Made by a program: the position numbers and the translations under genes. The notes below the pieces were generated by a model. The model did not search any database and was not told where the DNA came from. It was given only the letters and a program-made list of their open reading frames with translations. Shown here piece after piece: positions 1 to 8,766 of a stretch of DNA of 22,436 nucleotides (positions are counted from its first letter, which is position 1; every line of letters begins with the position of its first letter). Source of the DNA: Candidatus Hodarchaeota archaeon (GTDB lineage: Archaea; Asgardarchaeota; Heimdallarchaeia; Hodarchaeales; Hodarchaeaceae); assembly GCA_029856365.1 (NCBI GenBank), contig JAHQWW010000058.1:1-22436 (forward strand). Reading direction: 5' to 3'.

Positions 1-33
1 GTTTCAAAATTATACTTTCCTATAATTTGTAAA

Positions 34-420
34 CTAATAGACATAGGCTAATAATCGTCCACCAAGGTTTTTTTCTTTAGCTTCATGGTGAGACATTACT
101 CCTTCGGAAGTTGAAACTACCAGAATTCCCATATCACGAGCAGGAAGAAAACGTTTTTCCCATTCAACATATTCTTTGACTTTAACAGGATAACGGGGTT
201 TGATAACTCCGATTTTGGAGATTCGACCTAATAATTGAACAGAAATTATCCAAAGGTCTTCCATTACTTCAAATTCACCAATGGTGCCATACTTCTGTAT
301 TACTCGAAGGACATTCGCAATGATCCGGCTTGCAGGTCTAATGGCAACTTCTTTATAACCAAGAATTTCGGCATTTGCTATAGTCGACATCGCATTGGCT
401 AGAGGGTCAAGCATAACCAA
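34..420 (-). CDS. rps8: 30S ribosomal protein uS8 (S8/S15Ae)
   Basis: [13 protein letters not shown]-terminus, [42 protein letters not shown]-terminus typical of archaeal uS8; start TTG 420 or ATG 414. Confidence 0.97.
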   Translation of the reverse strand: MVMLDPLANAMSTIANAEILGYKEVAIRPASRIIANVLRVIQKYGTIGEFEVMEDLWIISVQLLGRISKIGVIKPRYPVKVKEYVEWEKRFLPARDMGILVVSTSEGVMSHHEAKEKNLGGRLLAYVY

Positions 421-597
421 TATTATCTACTCATTGATGGTAATTGCTCATGAAGATAGTATATTCAACCTATCCATTTGATAAGAGAGGTCTAATGCCT
501 CTAAATATCCATCTATTTCGTCCTTGTACCGAGTTGTTAAAGTTTATCGTGGAGTTTTGAAGAAGAATTTCTGATTTTAAAGAGAAATAATTTCGAA

Positions 598-1119
598 TTA
601 TGATGATTTACTACTTTTCTTTCTTTTTATTTTAGCAATTGAACCTATTGTAGTTGACTTGGGAATAAAATCTTCTATAATAGAACCCTCCTCAGTTACC
701 TCTGTTTTCAGTTCAATCTCTAGTTCACGTTCAATTTTTGCTACAACACGATCAGTAGGCAGTACTTTCTCCGCTTCGATTCTTGCAAGTAAGGTTTCTT
801 TTTCTTTAATCATTTGAGCAAATTCTGCCCGTCCCAACCCCTGTTTGCGTCTAGCTTCCTGGATTAACTGACCATATCCATCTACTAGGATCTTATCATG
901 GAGAAAATCTTTCTTCGGAGGTTTTATGTGTCGTGGTTGAGATTTCTTCTGAGGTTGATACCGAGGAACAGGTTTCATAATCCTCTTTTTTGGCCGATGT
1001 ATCACGGGTTTTCCAAATCTCGCACATTTAGGACATGCAAGCAACTCTACATGATCAATTTCAATTAAGGTGACTGGTGCTTCGACCCCGCACATCTCAC
1101 ACGTTTGTATCCTGCTCAA
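598..1119 (-). CDS. mbf1: archaeal multiprotein bridging factor 1 (Zn-ribbon + Cro-HTH)
   Basis: CEMCG...CPKCARFG Zn ribbon, then YGQLIQEARRKQGLGRAEFAQMIKEKETLLARIE HTH and TTIGSIA tail; adjacent to PAN as is common in archaea; TTG start with upstream GAGGA. Confidence 0.93.
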   Translation of the reverse strand: MSRIQTCEMCGVEAPVTLIEIDHVELLACPKCARFGKPVIHRPKKRIMKPVPRYQPQKKSQPRHIKPPKKDFLHDKILVDGYGQLIQEARRKQGLGRAEFAQMIKEKETLLARIEAEKVLPTDRVVAKIERELEIELKTEVTEEGSIIEDFIPKSTTIGSIAKIKRKKSSKSS

Positions 1120-1489
1120 TATGACTACATCCTCTTGTGTTTGGAAGTTATTTTACATTGTTTTAAAACCTATTTTTAACAGATTTCTTGTGTTAAATCA
1201 TCTGTAATCTACTCTTTATGACTTATTTGACAGATTGATATGATTTTTACTTATAATCCAGAATGTATTACCAGATTTCATCAATAAAGGCGTTTTAATT
1301 GCCATTATCACTAATTATAAAACTAAGTTCATTATGGTCTATAGTGCAAAAAGAAAAGAAAAGAAAAATAAGGGATGATTTACTGAGAGACCTCGACAGA
1401 ATCATGCATAATCTTGTCAGCTAATATGATCTCCGACCTAATAGTCAAATCTCCAATACTATTCAATATGTCAGCCTTTCATAAATCAC

Positions 1490-1500
1490 TTATATTTAAA
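1490..1500 (+). promoter_or_regulatory. candidate TATA box of pan
   Basis: TTATATTTAAA about 30 bp upstream of the pan ATG. Confidence 0.4.
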
Positions 1501-1528
1501 ACAAATCGAACGTTAAGTAGGTAATATA

Positions 1529-2722
1529 ATGCCAGACACTGTGGATAATAAGAAAGCTTCTTTTGATGATTTCGCTGATTCATATACAAGAACCATGGAA
1601 CGTCGAATTCGTGCTTTAGAGACTGAAAGACAACTACTTGAAGTCCAACGAAATAAATTAGAAGAGGAAAGAGATAATCTCAAACTTGAACTACAAAAAC
1701 TTCGACAGCCACCATTATTTACCGGAACATTGCAAGAAATTTTGGAAAACGGTAAGGCTATTGTTAAAAGCTCAACAGGGCCCTCTTTTGTAGTTGTTGT
1801 CGATTCATCAATTCCTAAAGAGTTACTATCTCCGAGTACACGTGTTGCACTACATCAAAGAAATTTTGCTGTTCTTGAGGTTTTACCTCAGTCATTGGAT
1901 CCGAGTGTTCGCTCCATGGAGATCGAAACAAAACCTTCTGAAACGTATGCAGATATTGGTGGATTAAAAGAACAACTTCAAGAACTTCGTGAAACTGTAG
2001 AATTACCTCTATTGCAACCCGAATTATTTGAAAAAGTCGGTATTGAACCACCCAAAGGCGTATTACTTCATGGCCCCCCTGGTTCGGGAAAAACACTCAT
2101 GGTTAAAGCTGTTGCTCATGAAACTAAAGCTACTTTTATTCGAGTAATTGGTTCAGAACTGGTACAAAAATACATTGGAGAAGGGGCACGATTAGTTCGT
2201 GAAGTCTTTTCATTTGCTCGAGAGAATTCACCAAGTATTTTATTCATTGATGAACTTGATGCAATCGGTAGTAAGAGACTAGATATCGCTACTAGTGGAG
2301 ATCGTGAAGTACAAAGGACTTTAATGCAGTTACTTAGTGAATTAGATGGATTTTCTCCTCGGGGAGACGTTAAAATCATTGGAGCGACTAATCGTGTTGA
2401 TATTTTAGATCCTGCTCTTTTACGGCCTGGCCGTTTTGACCGACATATTGAGATTCCTTTACCCAACCAAGAAGAAAGATTAGAAATCTTTAAGATTCAT
2501 ACTCGTTTAATGAACATCGATTCCAAAGTTGATTTTTCATATTTCGCCGATGAAACTAGACACTCCTCTGGTGCTGACATTCGTGCAATAACACAAGAAG
2601 CTGGTATGTTTGCCATTCGTGAAAGGCGAACAACAGTTACTTTTGATGATTTCAAGTTGGCTGTTAGAAAGGTTTTATCGATTCGTGGAGACATTTTATT
2701 AGGTCGTAATCAGTATCTTTAA
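1529..2722 (+). CDS. pan: proteasome-activating nucleotidase (AAA+ ATPase)
   Basis: N-terminal coiled coil, OB domain (PPLF...VKSSTGP), Walker A GPPGSGKT, pore loop KYIGEG, Walker B FIDELD, SRH LLRPGRFDR, C-terminal -YL (HbYX-like). Confidence 0.97.
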   Translation: MPDTVDNKKASFDDFADSYTRTMERRIRALETERQLLEVQRNKLEEERDNLKLELQKLRQPPLFTGTLQEILENGKAIVKSSTGPSFVVVVDSSIPKELLSPSTRVALHQRNFAVLEVLPQSLDPSVRSMEIETKPSETYADIGGLKEQLQELRETVELPLLQPELFEKVGIEPPKGVLLHGPPGSGKTLMVKAVAHETKATFIRVIGSELVQKYIGEGARLVREVFSFARENSPSILFIDELDAIGSKRLDIATSGDREVQRTLMQLLSELDGFSPRGDVKIIGATNRVDILDPALLRPGRFDRHIEIPLPNQEERLEIFKIHTRLMNIDSKVDFSYFADETRHSSGADIRAITQEAGMFAIRERRTTVTFDDFKLAVRKVLSIRGDILLGRNQYL

Positions 2723-2807
2723 TGCAACCTGATGAAATAAAAAACAGAATAAATCTTCATATTAGGCGAAAGGCTTTGAATGTTATTTTTTTCATTTTTT
2801 ATGATAT

Positions 2808-3269
2808 TCAATCAAGATAAAAATCGTATAGGAAATCTAAAAGTCTTTGAAATGAGAAGACTGCAGAAGAATGCTCTTCTTTAGGATGATGAAGACGGTC
2901 AGGTTCGAGTTGGGCTATAAGGGGACTTATAAGCTTCTCAAGATTTAAATCTTTATGAACCCAGAAATAGAGAATAAGAGCTTCAATAGCATCAGCTATT
3001 CGGTTTTTCTTTCCTTTTAACTTTAAAGTATTTGTAGAATGCCACAAGGATCTTCTATATGCCTCTAAAAGAATAGAATCCGAAACTTTTGTACCTGTTG
3101 GCATTTCAGAAACAATACTCTTCGCCACTGAATAAATGAAGTTGACCAAGGAATCTCCAAGTTTTGAATTACTTTTATTATGAATAAATGCCTCTAAATT
3201 TCCTTTTTCTCCCCTATTCTCACTGAAATTACGAAGTGAATTCTTATATTTCTGCACTTTACAACCCAA
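2808..3269 (-). CDS. archaeal stand-alone ribonuclease III-family protein
   Basis: SKLGDSLVNFIYSVA and IADAIEALILY match the RNase III signature segments (LGD...; AD..EA); no dsRBD; exact start uncertain. Confidence 0.8.
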   Translation of the reverse strand: MGCKVQKYKNSLRNFSENRGEKGNLEAFIHNKSNSKLGDSLVNFIYSVAKSIVSEMPTGTKVSDSILLEAYRRSLWHSTNTLKLKGKKNRIADAIEALILYFWVHKDLNLEKLISPLIAQLEPDRLHHPKEEHSSAVFSFQRLLDFLYDFYLD

Positions 3270-3277
3270 AATAAGGG

Positions 3278-3562
3278 TTAAACGGAATCAGAGAGTGTTT
3301 GTTCAAAGATGTTTGTTAAATCATCACATTTATGGATGATATCATCAGCAGCTTGCTGAAGGGCTTTAACTGGATCAGTTGAAGATGTTTGTAAATAAAA
3401 AATTGGATTTTCGAGAAGAGGATGAGGAAACCTGTAGGCTGTAAATAATACCCCAGCTTGGTCTTTTAATGTCTCACGGAGCACACTCAAAAACGTATGA
3501 TCCTCACCTATTACCTCAAATTCTAATAGTGATTCTTCTTTTCGAATAATCTTTACCTGCGT
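3278..3562 (-). CDS. rpoL: DNA-directed RNA polymerase subunit Rpo11/RpoL
   Basis: Frame extends 24 codons upstream of the ORF-track call: (M)QVKIIRKEESLLEFEVIGEDHTFLSVLRETL...AYRFPHPL, containing the conserved GEDHT and HPL motifs; first codon after the in-frame TGA is ACG (3562-3560), 6 nt after GAGGTG; 94 aa. Confidence 0.92.
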   Translation of the reverse strand, partial: TQVKIIRKEESLLEFEVIGEDHTFLSVLRETLKDQAGVLFTAYRFPHPLLENPIFYLQTSSTDPVKALQQAADDIIHKCDDLTNIFEQTLSDSV

Positions 3563-3612
3563 TCAGAACACCTCTACAGACCATTCTCTCTTATAATCGT
3601 CCATTTTAATAA

Positions 3613-4593
3613 TTAGTTCAAATAACTTTCTTTGGGAAAATCCGTCAGGACTTGTTGTGCTACTGCTTTGGCCATTAATGGAGGTACACTTTCTCCAACC
3701 TGATTATATTGTGAATTTATGGGACCATAGAATTGAAAATTATCAGGATAGCTCATTAAACGAGCATGTTCCCGTACTGTACAAAGACGAGGATCATAGG
3801 GGTGAATAAATCGACTTTTCCCCATTACGGTAGGACTAGGATAATTAGCTTGTAAACGAATAAAATTGCGAAAAGATCCTCTGTGACTCCCCTTAAAATA
3901 AACAATAGCTCCTCCTGGGGGCGTCTTAGAAATCTTCCTAGTGATTTTAGGAGAAAGAGGTATGAATTCGTGATTTATCATTTCAATTCCTGGATCAGGA
4001 AGAGAGTGAAAAGCATCATTTACAGAAACAGATGAAGTGGTGGGAAATAATTTCACTTCAATATTCGAGATAAAAACTCTTTTTCGTTGGCTTGGTACCC
4101 CAAAATCCTCGGCTTTAAGAATATTGAAATACACTGATTCATATTTAGAACGAGAAAATTCATGTAAAATTAATCCTATCATCTCAGTTGAGGCCAATTG
4201 GGGGACATTTTCTATTAAAAATACCTTGGGTTCTATATCAATGATGATACGTATCGTGTCCAGAACCAGACGCCCTATCTCATCCGCATAAAGCTGATTA
4301 TAAGCTGACCTCTGTCGATTGGGATTTGCTACTGAAAATGATTCACAGGGGGGACTAGAAATGATTATATCAGGAGGTTGATCATCTAGTAGTTTAAGAA
4401 TATCATTTGAGTGGACTTCTTCTATGTTTTTGTTATATACTTGACTTGTGATGTTTTCGCTGTAAGTTTGAAGTGCCCTAAAATCATTATCGATCGCTAA
4501 GACAACATTATTTCGGGGATTTGCTAGAAGAAATCCACACGCAAAGCCTCCAGCACCACAAAATAAATCTAATATCCTCATTCTAATCTTCAA
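3613..4593 (-). CDS. cytosine-C5 methyltransferase (orphan, Dcm-like)
   Basis: Motif I LDLFCGAGG, catalytic SPPC, ENV, QRKRVF, motif IX/X REHARLMSYPD...QVGESVPP; TTG start overlaps upstream stop (TTGA), alternative ATG 4581. Confidence 0.92.
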   Translation of the reverse strand: MKIRMRILDLFCGAGGFACGFLLANPRNNVVLAIDNDFRALQTYSENITSQVYNKNIEEVHSNDILKLLDDQPPDIIISSPPCESFSVANPNRQRSAYNQLYADEIGRLVLDTIRIIIDIEPKVFLIENVPQLASTEMIGLILHEFSRSKYESVYFNILKAEDFGVPSQRKRVFISNIEVKLFPTTSSVSVNDAFHSLPDPGIEMINHEFIPLSPKITRKISKTPPGGAIVYFKGSHRGSFRNFIRLQANYPSPTVMGKSRFIHPYDPRLCTVREHARLMSYPDNFQFYGPINSQYNQVGESVPPLMAKAVAQQVLTDFPKESYLN

Positions 4594-5066
4594 CTATCTT
4601 TTATAACTTTAGATAGCCCACTTAGAAATAGAGCTGTTAAAGCAATCGGATTAATATCTGAACTGACTTCATCAGCAAAGATACATTGTCCCAAGTCCAA
4701 TTCTTTTCTTGTGAGTCCAGGAGATGTTCCTCCAACTACAACTAATACTTTTCCATCCTTTAAATCAGTAGTTATTTCTTTAAATGGGATGGGTTTCTCC
4801 CCATACTTCCGAGAAACAAGTAGATATATTTTATGAGGCTTCAAGGCTTCTAGGATATCTTCCACATTAGTAAAAAAGAGTAAATTTCCTCCCACGCTAA
4901 GAACTGATTTTTGTGCATCAGGAATTCCTATGGAGGCTGCAGAAGCAGTGATCTTACTAAAGATTACATTCCTGCATGATAAGCCGACACAGGTGTCAGC
5001 AAAGAGTTTTACGGCTTTACGACTATGTGAATTATGTAATACCATCAATAGATTTTTGGATATCAT
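4590..5066 (-). CDS. COG4080/DUF2122 protein (predicted SPOUT-fold; often annotated RecB-family nuclease)
   Basis: VLHNSHS...SKITASAASIGIPDAQK...EDILEALKP...VVVGGTSPGLTRKELDLG resembles the archaeal DUF2122 family; ATG 5066 preceded by GGAG. Confidence 0.75.
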   Translation of the reverse strand: MISKNLLMVLHNSHSRKAVKLFADTCVGLSCRNVIFSKITASAASIGIPDAQKSVLSVGGNLLFFTNVEDILEALKPHKIYLLVSRKYGEKPIPFKEITTDLKDGKVLVVVGGTSPGLTRKELDLGQCIFADEVSSDINPIALTALFLSGLSKVIKDS

Positions 5067-5107
5067 TCTTATCTCCAAATAATCAGCAATTTGTTAGTAA
5101 AAACAAG

Positions 5108-5288
5108 ATTATTATAATTAATAAAAGCTATATCAATTTTATTTGCATGAGGTTAGCAATTAGCCCATTACCGTCCCTGATCTCCCTTATGTTGGTAGAA
5201 ACTCGGCAGCCTCTATCCCATCTGCTGTACCTTTAGTGATCGCCAGTATTCAGGATGTAACTCAACATCCTCACTTCCATCACTGACT
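5108..5288 (-). mobile_element. IS200/IS605 (tnpB) 3'-end and right-end relic, copy A (two tandem tnpB tails)
   Basis: Minus strand encodes decayed TnpB C-terminal peptides DGSEDVELHPEYW (about 5288-5232) and ADGIEAAEFLPT* followed by a GCTT-loop hairpin (5116-5138); 65/89 nt ungapped identity to 19382-19470. Confidence 0.7.
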
Positions 5289-5352
5289 ATTGTTAAAATG
5301 AATTAGACAGAAAGTTAATTAAATGAGAAAAAATGCTTCTAAATAGTTTTAT

Positions 5353-5456
5353 GTCGGGATATCCAAGCCTGGTATGGAGCTGGCCTGCTAAAAATTATGT
5401 TTGCCGAGAGTCAGTGCTCTTTGAGCTCGGGGGTTCAAATCCCCCTCCCGACGCCA
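5353..5456 (+). tRNA. tRNA-Ser(GCU) with an 18-nt intron at 37/38 (5391-5408); CCA encoded
   Basis: Acceptor GTCGGGA/TCCCGAC-G-CCA, D arm TCCA/TGGA, anticodon stem CTGGC/GTCAG with CT-GCT-A, long variable arm GCTC/GAGC, T arm GGGGG-TTCAAAT-CCCCC. Confidence 0.93.
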
Positions 5457-5773
5457 TTTCTTTTCATGTTTTTATTCAACTGATAATTCAGTTCAGTCAT
5501 CATTCAACAGAAAAGCAACATTTTTATTCATATCCAGATTAATGGACAAGTTAGTAATATCTTTGGTATGTTGACTAGAATCAGGCAAAATAGCTGAACT
5601 CAGAAGATGTAAATAATAGAAGTTATATAAAATGTTAACTAAGTGATCTAATAATTTATCAAAAGTGTGTCACCCTCATCAATCTCTAAACACTAGATTA
5701 GCAGCCCTATTTTTTCTGAATCATCAAAAGTCATTCATAGTTTTGTTTCATCTATTTCTGCAAAAAATTGGCT

Positions 5774-5810
5774 CTCTATGAGCTCGAAGGTTTAAAGCCC
5801 CCTCCTGAAG
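5774..5810 (+). repeat. degenerate duplicate of the tRNA-Ser(GCU) 3' half (attR-like scar)
   Basis: 30/37 nt ungapped identity to 5417-5453; T-loop and T-stem are broken, no 5' half. Confidence 0.75.
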
Positions 5811-5914
5811 TTTTAAGGAAAGACGGATTGATTTTTTAAGATTCCACACATAGGGGAGACTCTATTGTAAGAAAAAATAGACACAATTTTTCATGTAGGT
5901 TTAACAACAAATAA

Positions 5915-5989
5915 TGGGCCGACCCAGATTCGAACTGGGGACCTTCTCCGTGTCAGGGAGACGTCATAGCCGGGCTAGACCACCGGCCC
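5915..5989 (-). tRNA. tRNA-Val(GAC), intronless
   Basis: GGGCCGG/TCGGCCC-A acceptor, anticodon arm TCTCC-CTGACAC-GGAGA, T arm CCCAG-TTCGAAT-CTGGG; no encoded CCA. Confidence 0.96.
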
Positions 5990-6057
5990 GTTTTTTTCTA
6001 AATTACTAATTTAAATAAACTAGAGTAAATATGTTAATCTGACTATAATTAAAAATC

Positions 6058-6504
6058 TTATTCTGGTGATGAGCTTGTAAAAGTTTTACCTCCAGCAGCT
6101 TCAATTTTTTCCTGAGCTTTTGACGTAATATTTTTTGCAATTATATGAAAAGGATGCTTTACTAATCCTTTTCCCATGACTTTAGAATACCCCAACTTGG
6201 CAACATTAATTTTAATAACAGAACCCTCTTTTATGGCAATGTTCTTTGTTAGTAATAATTCGATTTGTTCATCAATATCGCCGATATTAACTGACAAATA
6301 TGATGATGGAGTATTTGGAGTAGTGAACCCTTTTTTACGACGAATCATATCTAATATTCGACCAATTCGATGGTGATCCTTAATTCCAGCATTTCCTTTT
6401 CCCCCACGAGACCCTCCTTTACGGTGACCGCCAGAGACCCGACCATATCCATAAGTCCGGCTTCCCCGCTGTTTACGAACCTTCTTTTTCTTTCTAATAG
6501 TCAT
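6058..6504 (-). CDS. rpl15: 50S ribosomal protein uL15
   Basis: RKQRGSRTYGYGRVSGGHRKGGSRGGKGNAG, KVMGKG, AQEKIEAAGG. Confidence 0.97.
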   Translation of the reverse strand: MTIRKKKKVRKQRGSRTYGYGRVSGGHRKGGSRGGKGNAGIKDHHRIGRILDMIRRKKGFTTPNTPSSYLSVNIGDIDEQIELLLTKNIAIKEGSVIKINVAKLGYSKVMGKGLVKHPFHIIAKNITSKAQEKIEAAGGKTFTSSSPE

Positions 6505-6515
6505 TAGAAATCACT

Positions 6516-7013
6516 TTAAGCCATTTTTAATATAAGATCGTTGATTTCATTACCACGATATCCAAGAGCTCCTCCAAGACTAAAAGGCTGCTTTACACCA
6601 CGTCGTCTATGACCTTTTCGAGGAGGATGGAGACGAAAAACTGGTTGAAGCCCTTTGATGTCCGCTAGGCTAGCCTCAAACTTGATAAATTTGTCTACAA
6701 AGTCATCTATATTTGAGAAATCAGTGTGACTCTGGATATAGTCTTCTGTAATCCGTTTTCCACCTTCTAAACGACCTCTTTTTAGAAGTAATTCTTTCAT
6801 TGTTGTTGAGTCTAGTTCTCCCCAAGCAATGAGATCCTTTGCTTTCTGTAACATTCCCTTGTAGGTTTCTCGATCATCAATAATAACACAATGATTTGTA
6901 CGATTTAATCGTAAAAGCTCTAGCGTTCTCTTAATAGATAAGCTACGATCAACACGACCTCGAATTCTTATCACAGCGAGCCTTTTCGAATTTTCTTGGA
7001 TATTTTTGGGCAT
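6516..7013 (-). CDS. rpl30: 50S ribosomal protein uL30 (long archaeal/L7e-like form)
   Basis: LAVIRIRG, TLELLRLNRTNHCV, WGELD, FRLHPPRKG, GALGYRG; true start most likely ATG 7013 (the longer ORF-track call overlaps uS5). Confidence 0.95.
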   Translation of the reverse strand: MPKNIQENSKRLAVIRIRGRVDRSLSIKRTLELLRLNRTNHCVIIDDRETYKGMLQKAKDLIAWGELDSTTMKELLLKRGRLEGGKRITEDYIQSHTDFSNIDDFVDKFIKFEASLADIKGLQPVFRLHPPRKGHRRRGVKQPFSLGGALGYRGNEINDLILKMA

Positions 7014-7014
7014 A

Positions 7015-7683
7015 TTAATCACCCCATTCTGTAATGTGAGAAATATGATATGTTGCTCGCAGTGCTTCAAATGTAGCTTTACAGAAGTTTTGAGTTGTTC
7101 GTGTGTCACCAAAGGTTTTACTCCAAATATCGGAAATGCCAGCTAATTCTAATACACTTTTTGCTACATCTCCAATAACTAATCCCAAACCTTTAGGAGC
7201 TGGTTTAAGTACCACACGTACACTACCAATTTTACCCTCGACTTGATATGGAATGGAATGAGGATTGCTACATGTGCATTCCCAACTCCCACATCCTCTT
7301 TTAACAGGAACTATATTTAATTTAGCCAAAACAATAGCATTTCTAATTGCTGTACCAACACCTGCAGCTTTCGCTTGAGCGACACCTACAATCCCATTGT
7401 TATTACCGACACCAGCAGTAGCTACAAATAAAGTCTTTCTTCCTGCATCAGTTTGACGCTGAACACGACCAACATCAAGGACTGTTTCAGTCAAATTTGG
7501 TACCAAGAAGTCTACAATACGAACGTCGTCGATTCTGAGGGAATCTCTAAAAATATCATAAATAGTTGCAATGGTTCCATCCTTTACCATCTGTCCAACT
7601 GTGGTACGTGGAGTCCAAGATTCTAAATCTACTGTTAGGAGCTTCCTTTCCATATCTCTGCGCCTACTCATTACAATTGACAT
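7015..7683 (-). CDS. rps5: 30S ribosomal protein uS5
   Basis: WTPRTTVGQMV, VQRQTDAGR, RGCGSWECTC, PAPKGLGLV, TFGDTRTTQNF; start ATG 7683 or 7671. Confidence 0.96.
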   Translation of the reverse strand: MSIVMSRRRDMERKLLTVDLESWTPRTTVGQMVKDGTIATIYDIFRDSLRIDDVRIVDFLVPNLTETVLDVGRVQRQTDAGRKTLFVATAGVGNNNGIVGVAQAKAAGVGTAIRNAIVLAKLNIVPVKRGCGSWECTCSNPHSIPYQVEGKIGSVRVVLKPAPKGLGLVIGDVAKSVLELAGISDIWSKTFGDTRTTQNFCKATFEALRATYHISHITEWGD

Positions 7684-7702
7684 CCGGGTTAATCTTTGTG
7701 TA

Positions 7703-8293
7703 TTAATGATATTTAGCTTGAATTTCCTTCTTAGTTTTATCAAAAATTTGTGGAATTTTTGCTGGATCGATTTTTTGTTTGGTGTAGTTTGAAAACTGCT
7801 TGTTGAATAACTCTTCATCATTTTCCTTAAGATTTATTGCAAAATCTGCGATATGAGCTCCATTTAACCGATTATTGGCAGGAAAAATTTTATCTGAGTG
7901 TGGAACCTCTATTCCTGCATCGACTATCCCTTTTAGAGCGGCAAAAATACGAGATCCATAAACTGGAGGATTAAGTCCAATATCTAAAACTGCCGTGGAT
8001 ATTCCACCATTTTTTGCTTTTAATCCTGCTAATAATCCGACTAAATATGCACTAGGAAGATTTGAAGTAGCAACATTCCAGTTAAAATTCTTTAATTCAC
8101 GTGAGTGCGATGCGGAAAGGGTAATATCTCCTGCAATGCGAGCTTTTACAAATTGCACGAGACAATGACTGTTTGTTACACGCACAACGGCTCTTATTCT
8201 ATTACTTCGAACAAGTCTTCTTCGTAAATGATAATTTGTTTTTCCTTCTCTACGGCGCCTGAAAGGAATTCGATATCGTGCATTTCGAGCCAT
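7703..8293 (-). CDS. rpl18: 50S ribosomal protein uL18
   Basis: RYRIPFRRRREGKTNYHLR, NLPSAYLVG, LDIGL, FAALKGIVDAGIEVPHS. Confidence 0.97.
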   Translation of the reverse strand: MARNARYRIPFRRRREGKTNYHLRRRLVRSNRIRAVVRVTNSHCLVQFVKARIAGDITLSASHSRELKNFNWNVATSNLPSAYLVGLLAGLKAKNGGISTAVLDIGLNPPVYGSRIFAALKGIVDAGIEVPHSDKIFPANNRLNGAHIADFAINLKENDEELFNKQFSNYTKQKIDPAKIPQIFDKTKKEIQAKYH

Positions 8294-8298
8294 TAGAA

Positions 8299-8766
8299 TT
8301 ATCTCCTCTTCTTTTTGGGCTTTTTAATAATACCTAAATCTTCAATTGTGTTTCGAAGATGAGTAACACTTCGATAGGAATTTCCTTTCACTTTAACGTA
8401 GAGTTTTCTGTATTGTGCTGGACTGAGAAGCTGGTTATCACGTAAACCGCGAAGATATCTCCTTTGGCTCCGCACTTTATTTATCCAATTCATTTTATTA
8501 TACTGGCGTGCGCCAGTTCGTCCCTTACGTCTCCCATGACCCCTTCGTTGACCTCGTCTTTTCTGAATTTTAATTAAACGTGTACGTCCCTTTGAAACCC
8601 CCTTAATACCTTTCTTTCGAATTACTCTATCGGAGATTAATTTTCGAATGTCATCCCGTGTTAACGCCAGTGATAGATCCTCTTCTATATCTGGATCAAT
8701 CCAAACACGTTTGATACCAACACCTAAGATATTAGCCGCAATCTTCTTCTGGGGTCTTAAGTTCAT
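8299..8766 (-). CDS. rpl19e: 50S ribosomal protein eL19
   Basis: QKKIAANILGVGIKRVWIDP, GQRRGHGRRKG, YRKLYVKVKGN. Confidence 0.97.
   Translation of the reverse strand: MNLRPQKKIAANILGVGIKRVWIDPDIEEDLSLALTRDDIRKLISDRVIRKKGIKGVSKGRTRLIKIQKRRGQRRGHGRRKGRTGARQYNKMNWINKVRSQRRYLRGLRDNQLLSPAQYRKLYVKVKGNSYRSVTHLRNTIEDLGIIKKPKKKRR

Noticed and set aside
421-597. Small hairpins upstream of rps8 (AGAGG/CCTCT) as an autoregulatory leader
   Set aside because: Stems are too short to distinguish from chance without comparative data.
1348-1369. (AAAAG)n short tandem repeat
   Set aside because: Low-complexity purine tract, not a CRISPR array; no repeat-spacer structure was seen anywhere in the window.
1815-2694. 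Three minus-strand ORFs (1815-2096, 2116-2466, 2497-2694)
   Set aside because: Antisense shadows of pan with no motifs.
3563-3571. Selenocysteine readthrough GTG-TTC-TGA in rpoL
   Set aside because: The position is not a conserved Cys and no SECIS was identified; ACG initiation or a sequencing error is simpler.
4037-5542. Plus-strand ORFs 4037-4291, 4976-5236 and 5333-5542
   Set aside because: Antisense to real genes or overlapping the IS relic and tRNA-Ser.
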